In this document: in pieces, positions 29,931 to 38,516 of the stretch
Layout of the letters: the number at the start of each line of letters is the position of its first letter
How positions within the stretch are numbered: the first letter of the stretch is position 1
Source of the DNA: an uncultured Hyphomicrobiales bacterium
Lineage (GTDB): Bacteria > Bacteroidota > Ignavibacteria > Kapaibacteriales > UBA2268
Assembly: GCA_964544155.1 (NCBI GenBank)
Contig: CAZJAH010000001.1
Location: 23,304-87,303, forward strand
Direction: 5' to 3'
Length of the DNA: 64,000 nt
The notes under the pieces: model-generated
The model's database searches: none
The model's input: only the letters and a program-made list of their open reading frames with translations
What the model was told of the DNA's origin: nothing
Made by a program: the position numbers and the translations under genes

Positions 29931-29980
29931 TTGCCCTTTCCATTTGAATAATTGCCCATTCCATTTGAATAATTGCCTTT
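29913..29980. repeat. Tandem direct repeat, 21 bp, 3 copies (ATTTGAATAATTGCCCTTTCC)
   Basis: Read directly: atttgaataattgccctttcc / atttgaataattgcccattcc / atttgaataattgccttt. It begins inside the last codons of ccmD and ends at the stop codon of the convergent TPR gene, exactly filling the inter-gene gap. Confidence 0.7.
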
Positions 29981-31271
29981 AAAGAGCCTGCGCCCGGTGG
30001 TAATACCGGGCAGCCTCTTCTTTATCCCCCATTTTGTGATAAACTGAGGCAATATTCAGCAGGATTTGTTTCTTAAGCAGACGTTCCTGCTCAGTATTTT
30101 TTGCCGTATACTTCAGGCCTTTTTTTAAAGCCTCTAACGCTTCATCATTTTTTCCTTTAAAAAAATAGACTGTCCCAAGGTTATTATAGATGTGCGCTCC
30201 TTCTATACCTGTAACTTTGAGTTCCTCTGATCCAGTAATTTGATTATAATGTTCGATAGCTTCATCGAGCTGTCCTGAACTGCGGTAAAGCTCTCCTAAA
30301 TTATTGGCTGCGGCAAGGGCGTGCTTTTTGTACTTCCCGCCCAGGCGTTTAAATGCCCTGTAGGCTTGCTTATAATTGTAAACGGCTTCGTCCCAGAGAC
30401 TGTCTTGAGCAAGCGAACCGGCCAGATCGTGGTAAGCGTAAGCCAGTGATACCGAATCTACAGGATCAAGATTCTCTTGTACCCTGATTATAGAGCGGTC
30501 TATGCTGAATTCCTTCTTGCGGTTGCCACTCATTTTAAAAAGCTGTTTAAATTGGTTGAGTACGGGTAAAAGCTCCCGGCTGTATTTCCCGTGCTTATTA
30601 ATAAGTATGGAAAGTTTTTGCCTGAGGTACTTCTCAGCCTCCTCATAATCAGACCTGGCTGCATTCAGGTCAATTAGTATTTCTACCGGCATCAGCAGGT
30701 TTTCATTATCGGGGCCTAACATATCCTCCCTGATCATCAAAGCTCTTTCAAGCTTCTCAACAGCTTTATCAGGTTCACCCTGCTCCCTGTAGAAAAGTCC
30801 CATATAATATGCCGTGTTACCTGTTTCGGGATGCATAGGCCCTAATCTGGATTCCTTGAATTCGAATGCTTTTTTGAAGTAAAATTCACTGCTGTCGGGT
30901 ACATTAAGATTTTCATACGTCAAGGCAATATTATCATATATGCTCCCGAGTTCTGGAAGATTATGTCCAGCTGATGAAGTTATAAGATCTTCAGCCTGCA
31001 AAAAATAAAAAAGGGCCTGTTCATAATTCTCGGAATAAAGACTGTTTAATCCGATTAAATTCAGGGAAGAACCGGCCTTAGTGCTGTCATTATATTTCGT
31101 GACAGCAATATTATAGGCCTTTTCTGCTTTGTTAATTGATTTTTTATGGTTATCTTGTTGCAGATAATTAATAGCTTCGTCCATCAAACTGTCCCAAGAT
31201 TCGTCCTGGGAATAGATATTTGACGTTACTAAAAATATTAAGAGGATTATACGTATTAATTTTTTAGACAT
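29979..31271 (-). CDS. Tetratricopeptide-repeat protein with N-terminal signal peptide/anchor
   Basis: 430 aa with multiple TPR units (AYYMGLFYREQGEPDKAVEKLERAL..., YNNLGTVYFFKGKNDEALEAL...). Hydrophobic N-terminus KKLIRIILLIFLVTSNIYSQ. Confidence 0.75.
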   Translation of the reverse strand: MSKKLIRIILLIFLVTSNIYSQDESWDSLMDEAINYLQQDNHKKSINKAEKAYNIAVTKYNDSTKAGSSLNLIGLNSLYSENYEQALFYFLQAEDLITSSAGHNLPELGSIYDNIALTYENLNVPDSSEFYFKKAFEFKESRLGPMHPETGNTAYYMGLFYREQGEPDKAVEKLERALMIREDMLGPDNENLLMPVEILIDLNAARSDYEEAEKYLRQKLSILINKHGKYSRELLPVLNQFKQLFKMSGNRKKEFSIDRSIIRVQENLDPVDSVSLAYAYHDLAGSLAQDSLWDEAVYNYKQAYRAFKRLGGKYKKHALAAANNLGELYRSSGQLDEAIEHYNQITGSEELKVTGIEGAHIYNNLGTVYFFKGKNDEALEALKKGLKYTAKNTEQERLLKKQILLNIASVYHKMGDKEEAARYYHRAQAL

Positions 31272-31296
31272 AATTAACTTTTAAACAGGATACATT

Positions 31297-31695
31297 ATGA
31301 AGCCAAGATACATTATAGGCGCTATAGTAATATTAGCCTTCGCGGCCGTAGCGATCTTTTCGTTTAACAGTGAAAAAATCGAATATTCAAATTTCGCCAC
31401 AGCAAAGAACAATGATCAATTTGTTCAGGTGATCGGTTCCTGGGAACGCACCACCGACTGCAGCTACAATGCTGAGATAAATCAGTTCACCTTCACTATG
31501 AAGGATAAAGAAGATAATGTAGCCAAAGTAGTGTACAGCGGCTCCAAACCTAATAATTTTGATATTGCCCCGATGGTAGTGGTCAAAGGGCGCTACGAAG
31601 GGGATATATTCAAAGCCGAGCATATTTTGACCAAATGCCCCTCAAAATATGAAGACGACATGGGCAGTGAAAATGAGCATAAAGCCTCAATTTAA
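31297..31695 (+). CDS. ccmE: Cytochrome c-type biogenesis heme chaperone CcmE, CxxxY variant
   Basis: N-terminal membrane anchor plus an OB-fold domain. The C-terminal segment HILTKCPSKYED aligns with E. coli NHILAKEVLAKHDENY, with Cys replacing the heme-binding His130 and the Tyr conserved. Confidence 0.7.
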   Translation: MKPRYIIGAIVILAFAAVAIFSFNSEKIEYSNFATAKNNDQFVQVIGSWERTTDCSYNAEINQFTFTMKDKEDNVAKVVYSGSKPNNFDIAPMVVVKGRYEGDIFKAEHILTKCPSKYEDDMGSENEHKASI

Positions 31696-31735
31696 TTAAT
31701 AATTATTCTGTAAAATAAATAAAAAGAACTTTATT

Positions 31736-34135
31736 ATGTTCGGTAAAGCGCTGATTTTCATGGGCTTCGGCCTTGCTTTGATCACTACGGTACTCTATTT
31801 TCTATCAAATAAAAATTCAAAGCTCACGCCGATAGCCAGAAGCTCATATTTTGTACTTTCGGGTATCGCATTTTTAGCAGCGGGCTTTCTTATGATGAAC
31901 ATTCTGGAGCATAATTTCCAGTATTCATATATTTGGCAATACTCCGGTAAGAATTTGTCCACGTTTTTGACCATTACAACTTTCTGGGCCGGCCAACAGG
32001 GATCCTTCATGCTTTGGATGACCATGTTGGTCCTTTTCGGACTGATAGTTATACCTTATGCCAAAAAGAATAATTATGAATCCCTGGCTATGGGCTTTCA
32101 TTCACTTATTCTGCTATTTATTTTTGTACTTTTAATAAGTAAAAATCCTTTTGAATTCCTGTGGGAAACATATGCCGATCAGAATGTAGAGGTTGGTTTT
32201 GTCCCCGAAGACGGACGCGGGCTTAATCCCATACTCCAAAATTACTGGAATGTAATACATCCGCCGATACTGTTCCTTGGTTTTTCATCTATGGTCATTC
32301 CGTTTACCTTCGCCCTGGCGGGATTATTCAAAAGGGAATATCAGCGATGGATCAATATCGCCATACCCTGGACTCTGCTTGCTACCGCTATGCTTGGGAC
32401 AGGTATAATGCTCGGCGGATTCTGGGCTTATGAAACTTTAGGCTGGGGCGGATTCTGGGCATGGGACCCTGTTGAAAATTCTTCGCTCCTCCCCTGGCTT
32501 GTGGCGATAGCCCTGGTGCATACCATGCTAGTGCAAAAGCGTACCGGCGGCCTGGTTAAAACAAACTTCTTACTCGCAGCGGTTGGATTTGTATTGGTAC
32601 TATATTCCACATTCCTTACAAGGAGCGGCATACTTGGCGATACATCAGTGCATTCATTCGGAGAGCCGGGGCAATCGGTATATGTACTATTGCTTATCTT
32701 TCTAATAACCTTTGCCCTAATAAGTGTGGTAACCCTCTTACTCAGAATGCCTGAAATTAATAATAAAGCTCCAAAACCCGATTTTAATCCTTCTTCCAAA
32801 GAATTCCATTTATCCGTGGGATCCCTGGTAATACTGGCAGTTGCGACGATTGTTTTTATCGGCACAAGCTGGCCCATTGCCGCTGAATTCCTCGGACAGC
32901 CAAAGGTAGCCATTGAACCGCCCACCTATGATAAACTAACTTTTCCGCTCGCTATTATCATTCTTATAATGAACGCTTTCGCCCTCCTTCTGGGATGGAA
33001 AAAGAGCGAGATGAAACAGGTTATAATCAAAGCCGGGATGTTCCTCGGCATAAGCCTTTTACTTACTGCAATACTTTACTTCGTGGGTGTTCAGCACTTT
33101 GATTTCATGCTCCTCGGATTCGCGGCCATATTCTCGCTGCTGGTAAATGCTTACTTTATATTTAAATATGTTGTTAAGCGGCCTTCAAATACAGGCGCTT
33201 TCATCTCGCACACTGGATTAGCATTGCTGCTGCTTGGCGTTATTGCCAGCGGGGGCTATGAAAAAACCCAACATCTGCAGCTAAAGCAAAATGAAACTAA
33301 ATCAGTCTTCGGATATGATTTCACTTATGTCAAGAAAGACAGAATTGAAAAGCAATATATGGACAGAGAGAAATATCAGTATAATATAAAAGTCGAAAAA
33401 GGCAGCCGGGAAGTCATTCTCAACCCGATAATGTATTGGAGTGATTACAATGACAGGGAGTACCCCTATATGGTACCCGGAATAAAAACATTAGTGGACA
33501 GGGATATTTATTTATCCCCGAAATCAATGGATTTCGAATTTAATTTTCCGACGGAAATACTGGGCAAAGGCGAAGCAGTACCCGTACCAATGGACAGCAG
33601 CTATAAAATACGTATGGTACAGTTCGATATGTCACATGCAATGACGCCGGATCAGTCGAATAATATATTATTCGGAGTGGTTACCGAATTCATAAAAGAC
33701 GACAAGGTCTATACAGATACTCTTAACGCCCGTATGAACAGTCAGACAGGCGAAATGGATCCAATCTGGGTGCAGATCCCCGATACTGAGATTGATGCCT
33801 GTTTTTATCAGCTCATACGCGGGCAGATGATGTCCGATTCACGCTCTGCTTACGCCTTTAAGGAAACCGGCACACAGCTTCAGGAGCCGCAAGAGGTATT
33901 CACTTTCGAAGTTACAATGAAACCTATGATGTACCTTGTATGGATTGGCACTGTGTTTACCATGATCGGTTTTGTTATTGCAATCAATAAGCATATAAGG
34001 CAGAGAAATCAGGTAAAGATTAATAACGGCGGCCAAAGCTTTGATAACACTGATAATTCCCCTGATAAAATCGCACTGGTAAGAAACGGCAACGGCGAAT
34101 CAACTGAAAATGAACATAAACAGGAAGAGAAGTAA
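31736..34135 (+). CDS. ccmF: Cytochrome c-type biogenesis protein CcmF (heme lyase subunit)
   Basis: WWD motif WAYETLGWGGFWAWDPVEN. Polytopic, with conserved His residues. A large C-terminal periplasmic domain precedes a final TM. Length 799 aa. Confidence 0.85.
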   Translation: MFGKALIFMGFGLALITTVLYFLSNKNSKLTPIARSSYFVLSGIAFLAAGFLMMNILEHNFQYSYIWQYSGKNLSTFLTITTFWAGQQGSFMLWMTMLVLFGLIVIPYAKKNNYESLAMGFHSLILLFIFVLLISKNPFEFLWETYADQNVEVGFVPEDGRGLNPILQNYWNVIHPPILFLGFSSMVIPFTFALAGLFKREYQRWINIAIPWTLLATAMLGTGIMLGGFWAYETLGWGGFWAWDPVENSSLLPWLVAIALVHTMLVQKRTGGLVKTNFLLAAVGFVLVLYSTFLTRSGILGDTSVHSFGEPGQSVYVLLLIFLITFALISVVTLLLRMPEINNKAPKPDFNPSSKEFHLSVGSLVILAVATIVFIGTSWPIAAEFLGQPKVAIEPPTYDKLTFPLAIIILIMNAFALLLGWKKSEMKQVIIKAGMFLGISLLLTAILYFVGVQHFDFMLLGFAAIFSLLVNAYFIFKYVVKRPSNTGAFISHTGLALLLLGVIASGGYEKTQHLQLKQNETKSVFGYDFTYVKKDRIEKQYMDREKYQYNIKVEKGSREVILNPIMYWSDYNDREYPYMVPGIKTLVDRDIYLSPKSMDFEFNFPTEILGKGEAVPVPMDSSYKIRMVQFDMSHAMTPDQSNNILFGVVTEFIKDDKVYTDTLNARMNSQTGEMDPIWVQIPDTEIDACFYQLIRGQMMSDSRSAYAFKETGTQLQEPQEVFTFEVTMKPMMYLVWIGTVFTMIGFVIAINKHIRQRNQVKINNGGQSFDNTDNSPDKIALVRNGNGESTENEHKQEEK

Positions 34136-34241
34136 TAATAACAAAATTGATGCGTTATAAGGATAATATTGCTGACTGGTAATATAATTCTTAAGAGTAA
34201 AGCAACGTCATTTTTATAAACTAATATTAATTACTAAAGGA

Positions 34242-34916
34242 TTGGAGACTATAATGGCATTTAACCGCTTATTTATTTTGTTATTATCATTTCTGGTGAT
34301 AGCAGGAGTGACTATGGCCTGCTCTCAGGACGACGGTAAGAATGAAACTGAAGCCGAAAGAAATAACCTACAAGGTGAAGATCTGGCTGTTGACGATGAA
34401 TACAGTACAGAATCAGTTGACATCGCAGTTGCTCCTGATAAAGGCGCGGATAACGTTTTTGAGATCACCGGCGCTACCGCGAGCGGTTCACAAAGCGTTC
34501 CGCCTAATTTTACCTGGAACGAGGACGGAAAAACCATGAACTTTTCCGATTACACAAAAGGAAAGGTTGTTTTCCTTAATTTCTGGGGAACATGGTGCCC
34601 TCCATGCCGCGCTGAAATTCCGGACATCATAAGGATTGCCAAAGAAGAAGACCCTGACAACGTTATGGTTATCGGTATTGCTCTTGAAAGAAGTAACAAC
34701 CAGATGCAAACCGTTAGCAACTATGTCGAAAGCAAAGATATACCATATCCAATTTTTGTTGATACCGAACAAGCCCTGTATAAAGCTATAGCCGGTATAA
34801 GCTCAGTTCCGACTACACTGATAATCGACAAAGAAGGCTCGGTTGTGGAAGTTATCCTCGGCGCTAAATCATATGAACGCTTTATGCAATCGATAAACAG
34901 GGTAAAAAAATCCTGA
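34242..34916 (+). CDS. ccmG: Thiol:disulfide oxidoreductase CcmG/DsbE/TlpA-family lipoprotein
   Basis: Lipoprotein signal (…TMACSQDD). Thioredoxin fold with WGTWCPPCRAE active site. A GGAG Shine-Dalgarno lies upstream. Confidence 0.8.
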   Translation: METIMAFNRLFILLLSFLVIAGVTMACSQDDGKNETEAERNNLQGEDLAVDDEYSTESVDIAVAPDKGADNVFEITGATASGSQSVPPNFTWNEDGKTMNFSDYTKGKVVFLNFWGTWCPPCRAEIPDIIRIAKEEDPDNVMVIGIALERSNNQMQTVSNYVESKDIPYPIFVDTEQALYKAIAGISSVPTTLIIDKEGSVVEVILGAKSYERFMQSINRVKKS

Positions 34917-34946
34917 TAAGAAAATATTGAACTTTGATATAAAAGA

Positions 34947-34984
34947 GGCTGCCCGGAAACACATACTTTTGGGCAGCCTTTTTA
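34947..34984 (+). terminator. Rho-independent terminator after ccmG
   Basis: GGCTGCCC-(16 nt loop)-GGGCAGCC followed by TTTTTAC. Confidence 0.65.
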
Positions 34985-35245
34985 CCAGGGAGATTGGAGT
35001 AAAGGTACAACTTACAATTGAGAATAGAGCAATATGCAAATCATACTCTTCCCTATAAATGAAATGAGTTTAATAAAAGTTACAGATTTTTTTATTTACT
35101 AAATTTTATTTAAATAAGCATAGCAAAGCCAGATACAGATTCCGTAGCCGAATTAATCTATGAACGGGATGGATTAGTGATCAAAAAGGTAAATTAAAAC
35201 TATATGGTTTAACAACTTAAATACTATTTGATTTAATTTCTCAAC

Positions 35246-35274
35246 TAAAAAAGCCGCCCATGAAAGGACGGCTT
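35246..35274 (-). terminator. Terminator downstream of tRNA-Arg
   Basis: On the - strand, AAGCCGTCC-tttcat-GGGCGGCTT is followed by TTTTT. It lies immediately 3' of the tRNA. Confidence 0.5.
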
Positions 35275-35278
35275 TTTG

Positions 35279-35352
35279 TACGCCAGACAGGATTTGAACC
35301 TGTGGCCCACAGCTTAGAAGGCTGTTGCTCTATCCAACTGAGCTACTGGCGC
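35279..35352 (-). tRNA. tRNA-Arg (anticodon TCT)
   Basis: Reverse complement folds as a cloverleaf: GCGCCAG TA GCTC AGTTGGATA GAGC A ACAGC CTTCTAA GCTGT GGGCC ACAGG TTCAAAT CCTGT CTGGCGT A. The anticodon loop is CT-TCT-AA. CCA is not encoded. Confidence 0.85.
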
Positions 35353-35448
35353 ATTTAACAGGATAACAAAATTAGTGCATTTTTCTGAAAAATCCAATTA
35401 TTTTTTGGAATTTGAAGCAGACTTTGTTAATTTTGAATAAACTTTTTC

Positions 35449-35546
35449 GGGTCAAGTCCCGTGCGGCTAAGACAGGCCCAAATCCGTCAGGTCCGGAAGG
35501 AAGCAGCGGTAAGTCTGATCTTAGGGCGCCACGGTAAACTTGGCCC
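35449..35546 (+). ncRNA. ffs: Signal recognition particle RNA (small 4.5S-type SRP RNA)
   Basis: Contains the universally conserved domain IV sequence GTCAGGTCCGGAAGGAAGCAGC. The 5' GGGTCAAGT pairs with the 3' ACTTGGCCC to form the terminal helix. It is followed by a T7 run. Confidence 0.8.
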
Positions 35547-35659
35547 TTTTTTTATTATTTTTTATCCCTTAATATATTTTATTGACTTATTCGTCCTGGT
35601 TTATAATTATTTAAGTAAATTTGTAATAATAAAGGATTAAAATTGGATTTGATTTATAG

Positions 35660-37333
35660 ATGAAAAAAGAAATAATTATAAATTCAACTATCAACGAAGT
35701 CAGAGTAGCAATTACAGAAGACGGGCAATTAGCTGAATTTTTTATTGAATTCCCGGAAAAAGAACGATACATAGGAAATGTTTACCTCGGTAAAGTAAAT
35801 AAAATTGTCTCCGGAATAAACGCGGCATTCATAAATATCGGCCTCAATCAGGATGCTTTTCTGCATTTCTCCGATGTTGATGAATCACTCGAAAATTCAA
35901 TTATTACTGACGAAGAGGATGAACTCGACGATGATGAATCAGCTGAGTACGACCTTAAAAAGATCGAAAGCGAAGCCGAAAGAATTGTAGGGAAGCATTC
36001 CGACGATAAAGAAATAAGCGATGCCGACATAGCCTTAAGGAAAGTTAAACCCGCAACAACTGATAACGGGAAAAAACTACCTACATTTTCCACAAAGAAA
36101 TCCGGCGAAATTCAGATAACACTCGAACCAAAGCAAAACGTAATCGTTCAGGTAGTTCGCGAAGCCTACGCCAACAAAGGCGTTAAGGTAACCACAAAGA
36201 TCGCTATTCCAGGCAGATACCTTGTACTTCTGCCATTTGAAACATTACTCGGCGTATCCAGGAAGATATATTCCTATCCTGAAAGAAAGCGCCTTAGAAT
36301 GCTTGCCAGAAGATTCAAGCCAAAAGAATACGGCTGTATAATCCGAACTGTTGCCCGCGGCAAAAGCGAAGAAGAACTGAAAAAAGACTGGCAGAGCCTT
36401 ATGGCTATCTGGAAAGAGATCGAAAGCAAAGTAAAAAAGTCTACCCCCCCAACCATGCTTTACCAGGATATGAACCTCGCACCGAGCGTTGTCAGGGATC
36501 TTTTTACAACACAGGTACAAAGCGTTATAATTGACTCGAGGAAGCTATATAAAGAGATAACCTCTTATTTAAAGACATCATCGCCTAATCTGCTGCAAAA
36601 AGTAGAACTATATAACGGCGATAAACCAATATTCGAAGAATACGGCGTAGAGAAAGAACTTGCCAAAACATATAAACGGCGCGTGCCTCTTTCCTCAGGC
36701 GGCGATATAGTTATAGAGCATACAGAAGCAATGGTGGTTATAGATGTTAACTCTGGCCGTTCCACCGAAAAAGAGCAGGAAATGAATGCATATAAGACTA
36801 ACCTGGAAGCCGCCAGAGAAGTCGCGAAGCAAATTAGGCTGCGCGATATTGCTGGAATGGTGATAGTTGATTTCATAGATATGCAGCATGAATCCAACCG
36901 GAAAAAGCTGTATAGTGAAATGAAAAAAGAATTATCACGTGACAGAGCGAAAACAGTGATTTTCCCTCTGACCCAGATAGGGCTTATGCAGCTTACAAGG
37001 CAGAGGATCAACCAAAACATAGTAGAGAAAATAAGCGAAATATGCCCGACCTGCAGCGGCACAGGAAGGATTACAACCAAGGCTGTTCTACTTAATAATA
37101 TTGAACGCTGGCTTAAGAAATTCCGCAAAGAATCCAGAGAATTCAGGCTTATATTGCAGGTGCATCCTCAAGTCGCGGATTATATAACCGAAGGCACGTT
37201 TTCACATATAGCAAAACTCATGCTCAAATATTTCGTAAAAATAAATGTACAGCAGAATGACGGAGTTGGTATTGACCAATTCAGATTTATTTCAGAACGC
37301 AGGAACAAGGATATAACTAACGAGCATATTTGA
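35660..37333 (+). CDS. rng: Ribonuclease E/G family endoribonuclease
   Basis: N-terminal S1 domain (GNVYLGKVNKIVSGINAAFINIG) interrupted by an acidic insert. Catalytic DNase-I-like region (VVIDVNSG...DFIDM). Zn-link CPTCSGTGRI. Length 557 aa. Confidence 0.85.
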   Translation: MKKEIIINSTINEVRVAITEDGQLAEFFIEFPEKERYIGNVYLGKVNKIVSGINAAFINIGLNQDAFLHFSDVDESLENSIITDEEDELDDDESAEYDLKKIESEAERIVGKHSDDKEISDADIALRKVKPATTDNGKKLPTFSTKKSGEIQITLEPKQNVIVQVVREAYANKGVKVTTKIAIPGRYLVLLPFETLLGVSRKIYSYPERKRLRMLARRFKPKEYGCIIRTVARGKSEEELKKDWQSLMAIWKEIESKVKKSTPPTMLYQDMNLAPSVVRDLFTTQVQSVIIDSRKLYKEITSYLKTSSPNLLQKVELYNGDKPIFEEYGVEKELAKTYKRRVPLSSGGDIVIEHTEAMVVIDVNSGRSTEKEQEMNAYKTNLEAAREVAKQIRLRDIAGMVIVDFIDMQHESNRKKLYSEMKKELSRDRAKTVIFPLTQIGLMQLTRQRINQNIVEKISEICPTCSGTGRITTKAVLLNNIERWLKKFRKESREFRLILQVHPQVADYITEGTFSHIAKLMLKYFVKINVQQNDGVGIDQFRFISERRNKDITNEHI

Positions 37334-37336
37334 TCA

Positions 37337-38515
37337 ATGGAAAATTCTGAAAAAACAATAAGCATTTTGGGTTCAACCGGCTCTATTGGTGTGCAGGCAC
37401 TCGATGTGCTCGATAACCTGCCGGCTAAGTATAATATCAATTATCTTACGGTAAACAAAAACATAGACCTTCTGGCTAAACAAATAGAAAGATATAATCC
37501 GCGAGGCGTTGCCATAGGCGATGAATCGGCATACAGAGATTTTAAGAACAAATATGATTTCAAAGGCAGAATTCTCTGCGGCGATGAAGGTATAATCGAA
37601 GCTTCAGCTGATGATGATAATGATGTCGTGCTCTCATCACTGGTGGGATTTTCGGGGGTAATCCCCACACTTGCTGCCATCGAAAAAGGCAAAACAATAG
37701 CTCTCGCTAATAAGGAAACTCTTGTCAGCGCCGGAGAAATAATCACCAAAAAAGCACGCGCTCATAAAGCGCCTCTTATTGCCGTGGACAGCGAACATAG
37801 CGCCGTTTTGCAATGCCTTGTTGGCGAAACCAACGATGAGATTGAAAAGATCATTCTAACCGCCTCCGGTGGCCCCTTCAGGGAAACCCCCAAATGCGAA
37901 TTTCAGAAATTGACTGTAAAACAGGCCCTCGACCACCCAAACTGGTCGATGGGCAGCAAAATTACCATCGATTCCGCAACAATGATGAATAAAGGCTTTG
38001 AGATAATCGAAGCCTATTGGCTTTTTAAAGTTGGATTAGACGATATTGAAGCTCTTATTCATCCGCAAAGTATTATTCATTCTATGGTGCAGTTTGTTGA
38101 CGGATCGGTTAAAGCACAGCTCGGAATGCCCGATATGAGGATTCCTATCTCTTACGCTTTGAACTATCCGCGCAGACTTAAGTTTAATTTCCCGAGACTT
38201 GACTTAAGTGAGATAGGCTGTCTGAATTTTATGACACCCGATCCGGAAAAATTCCCCTGCCTGGAAATCGCTTACGAAGCTTTGAGAATCGGAGGTAACG
38301 CCCCGGCAATAATTAATGCTGCGAATGAAATAGCCGTAGAGGCTTTTTTGAACGAAAGGATCAGGTTCAGCGATATTCCTGATATTATAGAAAGGTCTTT
38401 AAGCCTAATAGATAAAACAGATGATCCGTCAATACACGATATTATAGCAACGGATTCACTGACTAGAAAATACGCCAGTGATTTTATTAATAAAAATTTA
38501 GTAACGGTATATTAA
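37337..38515 (+). CDS. dxr: 1-deoxy-D-xylulose 5-phosphate reductoisomerase
   Basis: ILGSTGSIGVQALDV NADPH-binding start, plus LANKE, DSEHSA and NKGFE motifs. Length 392 aa. Confidence 0.9.
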   Translation: MENSEKTISILGSTGSIGVQALDVLDNLPAKYNINYLTVNKNIDLLAKQIERYNPRGVAIGDESAYRDFKNKYDFKGRILCGDEGIIEASADDDNDVVLSSLVGFSGVIPTLAAIEKGKTIALANKETLVSAGEIITKKARAHKAPLIAVDSEHSAVLQCLVGETNDEIEKIILTASGGPFRETPKCEFQKLTVKQALDHPNWSMGSKITIDSATMMNKGFEIIEAYWLFKVGLDDIEALIHPQSIIHSMVQFVDGSVKAQLGMPDMRIPISYALNYPRRLKFNFPRLDLSEIGCLNFMTPDPEKFPCLEIAYEALRIGGNAPAIINAANEIAVEAFLNERIRFSDIPDIIERSLSLIDKTDDPSIHDIIATDSLTRKYASDFINKNLVTVY

Positions 38516-38516
38516 A

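Noticed and set aside
29789-30052. 87-aa minus-strand ORF encoding GNYSNG repeats
   Set aside because: The repeat peptide is simply the translation of the 21-bp tandem DNA repeat. The ORF lies antisense to the ccmD end and the TPR gene end, and has no start context.
36565-37128. 187-aa ORF antisense to rng, and a 165-aa ORF (32428..32925) antisense to ccmF
   Set aside because: Both are fully embedded antisense to strongly supported genes. Their composition is low-complexity (Ser/Leu-rich), typical of shadow ORFs.
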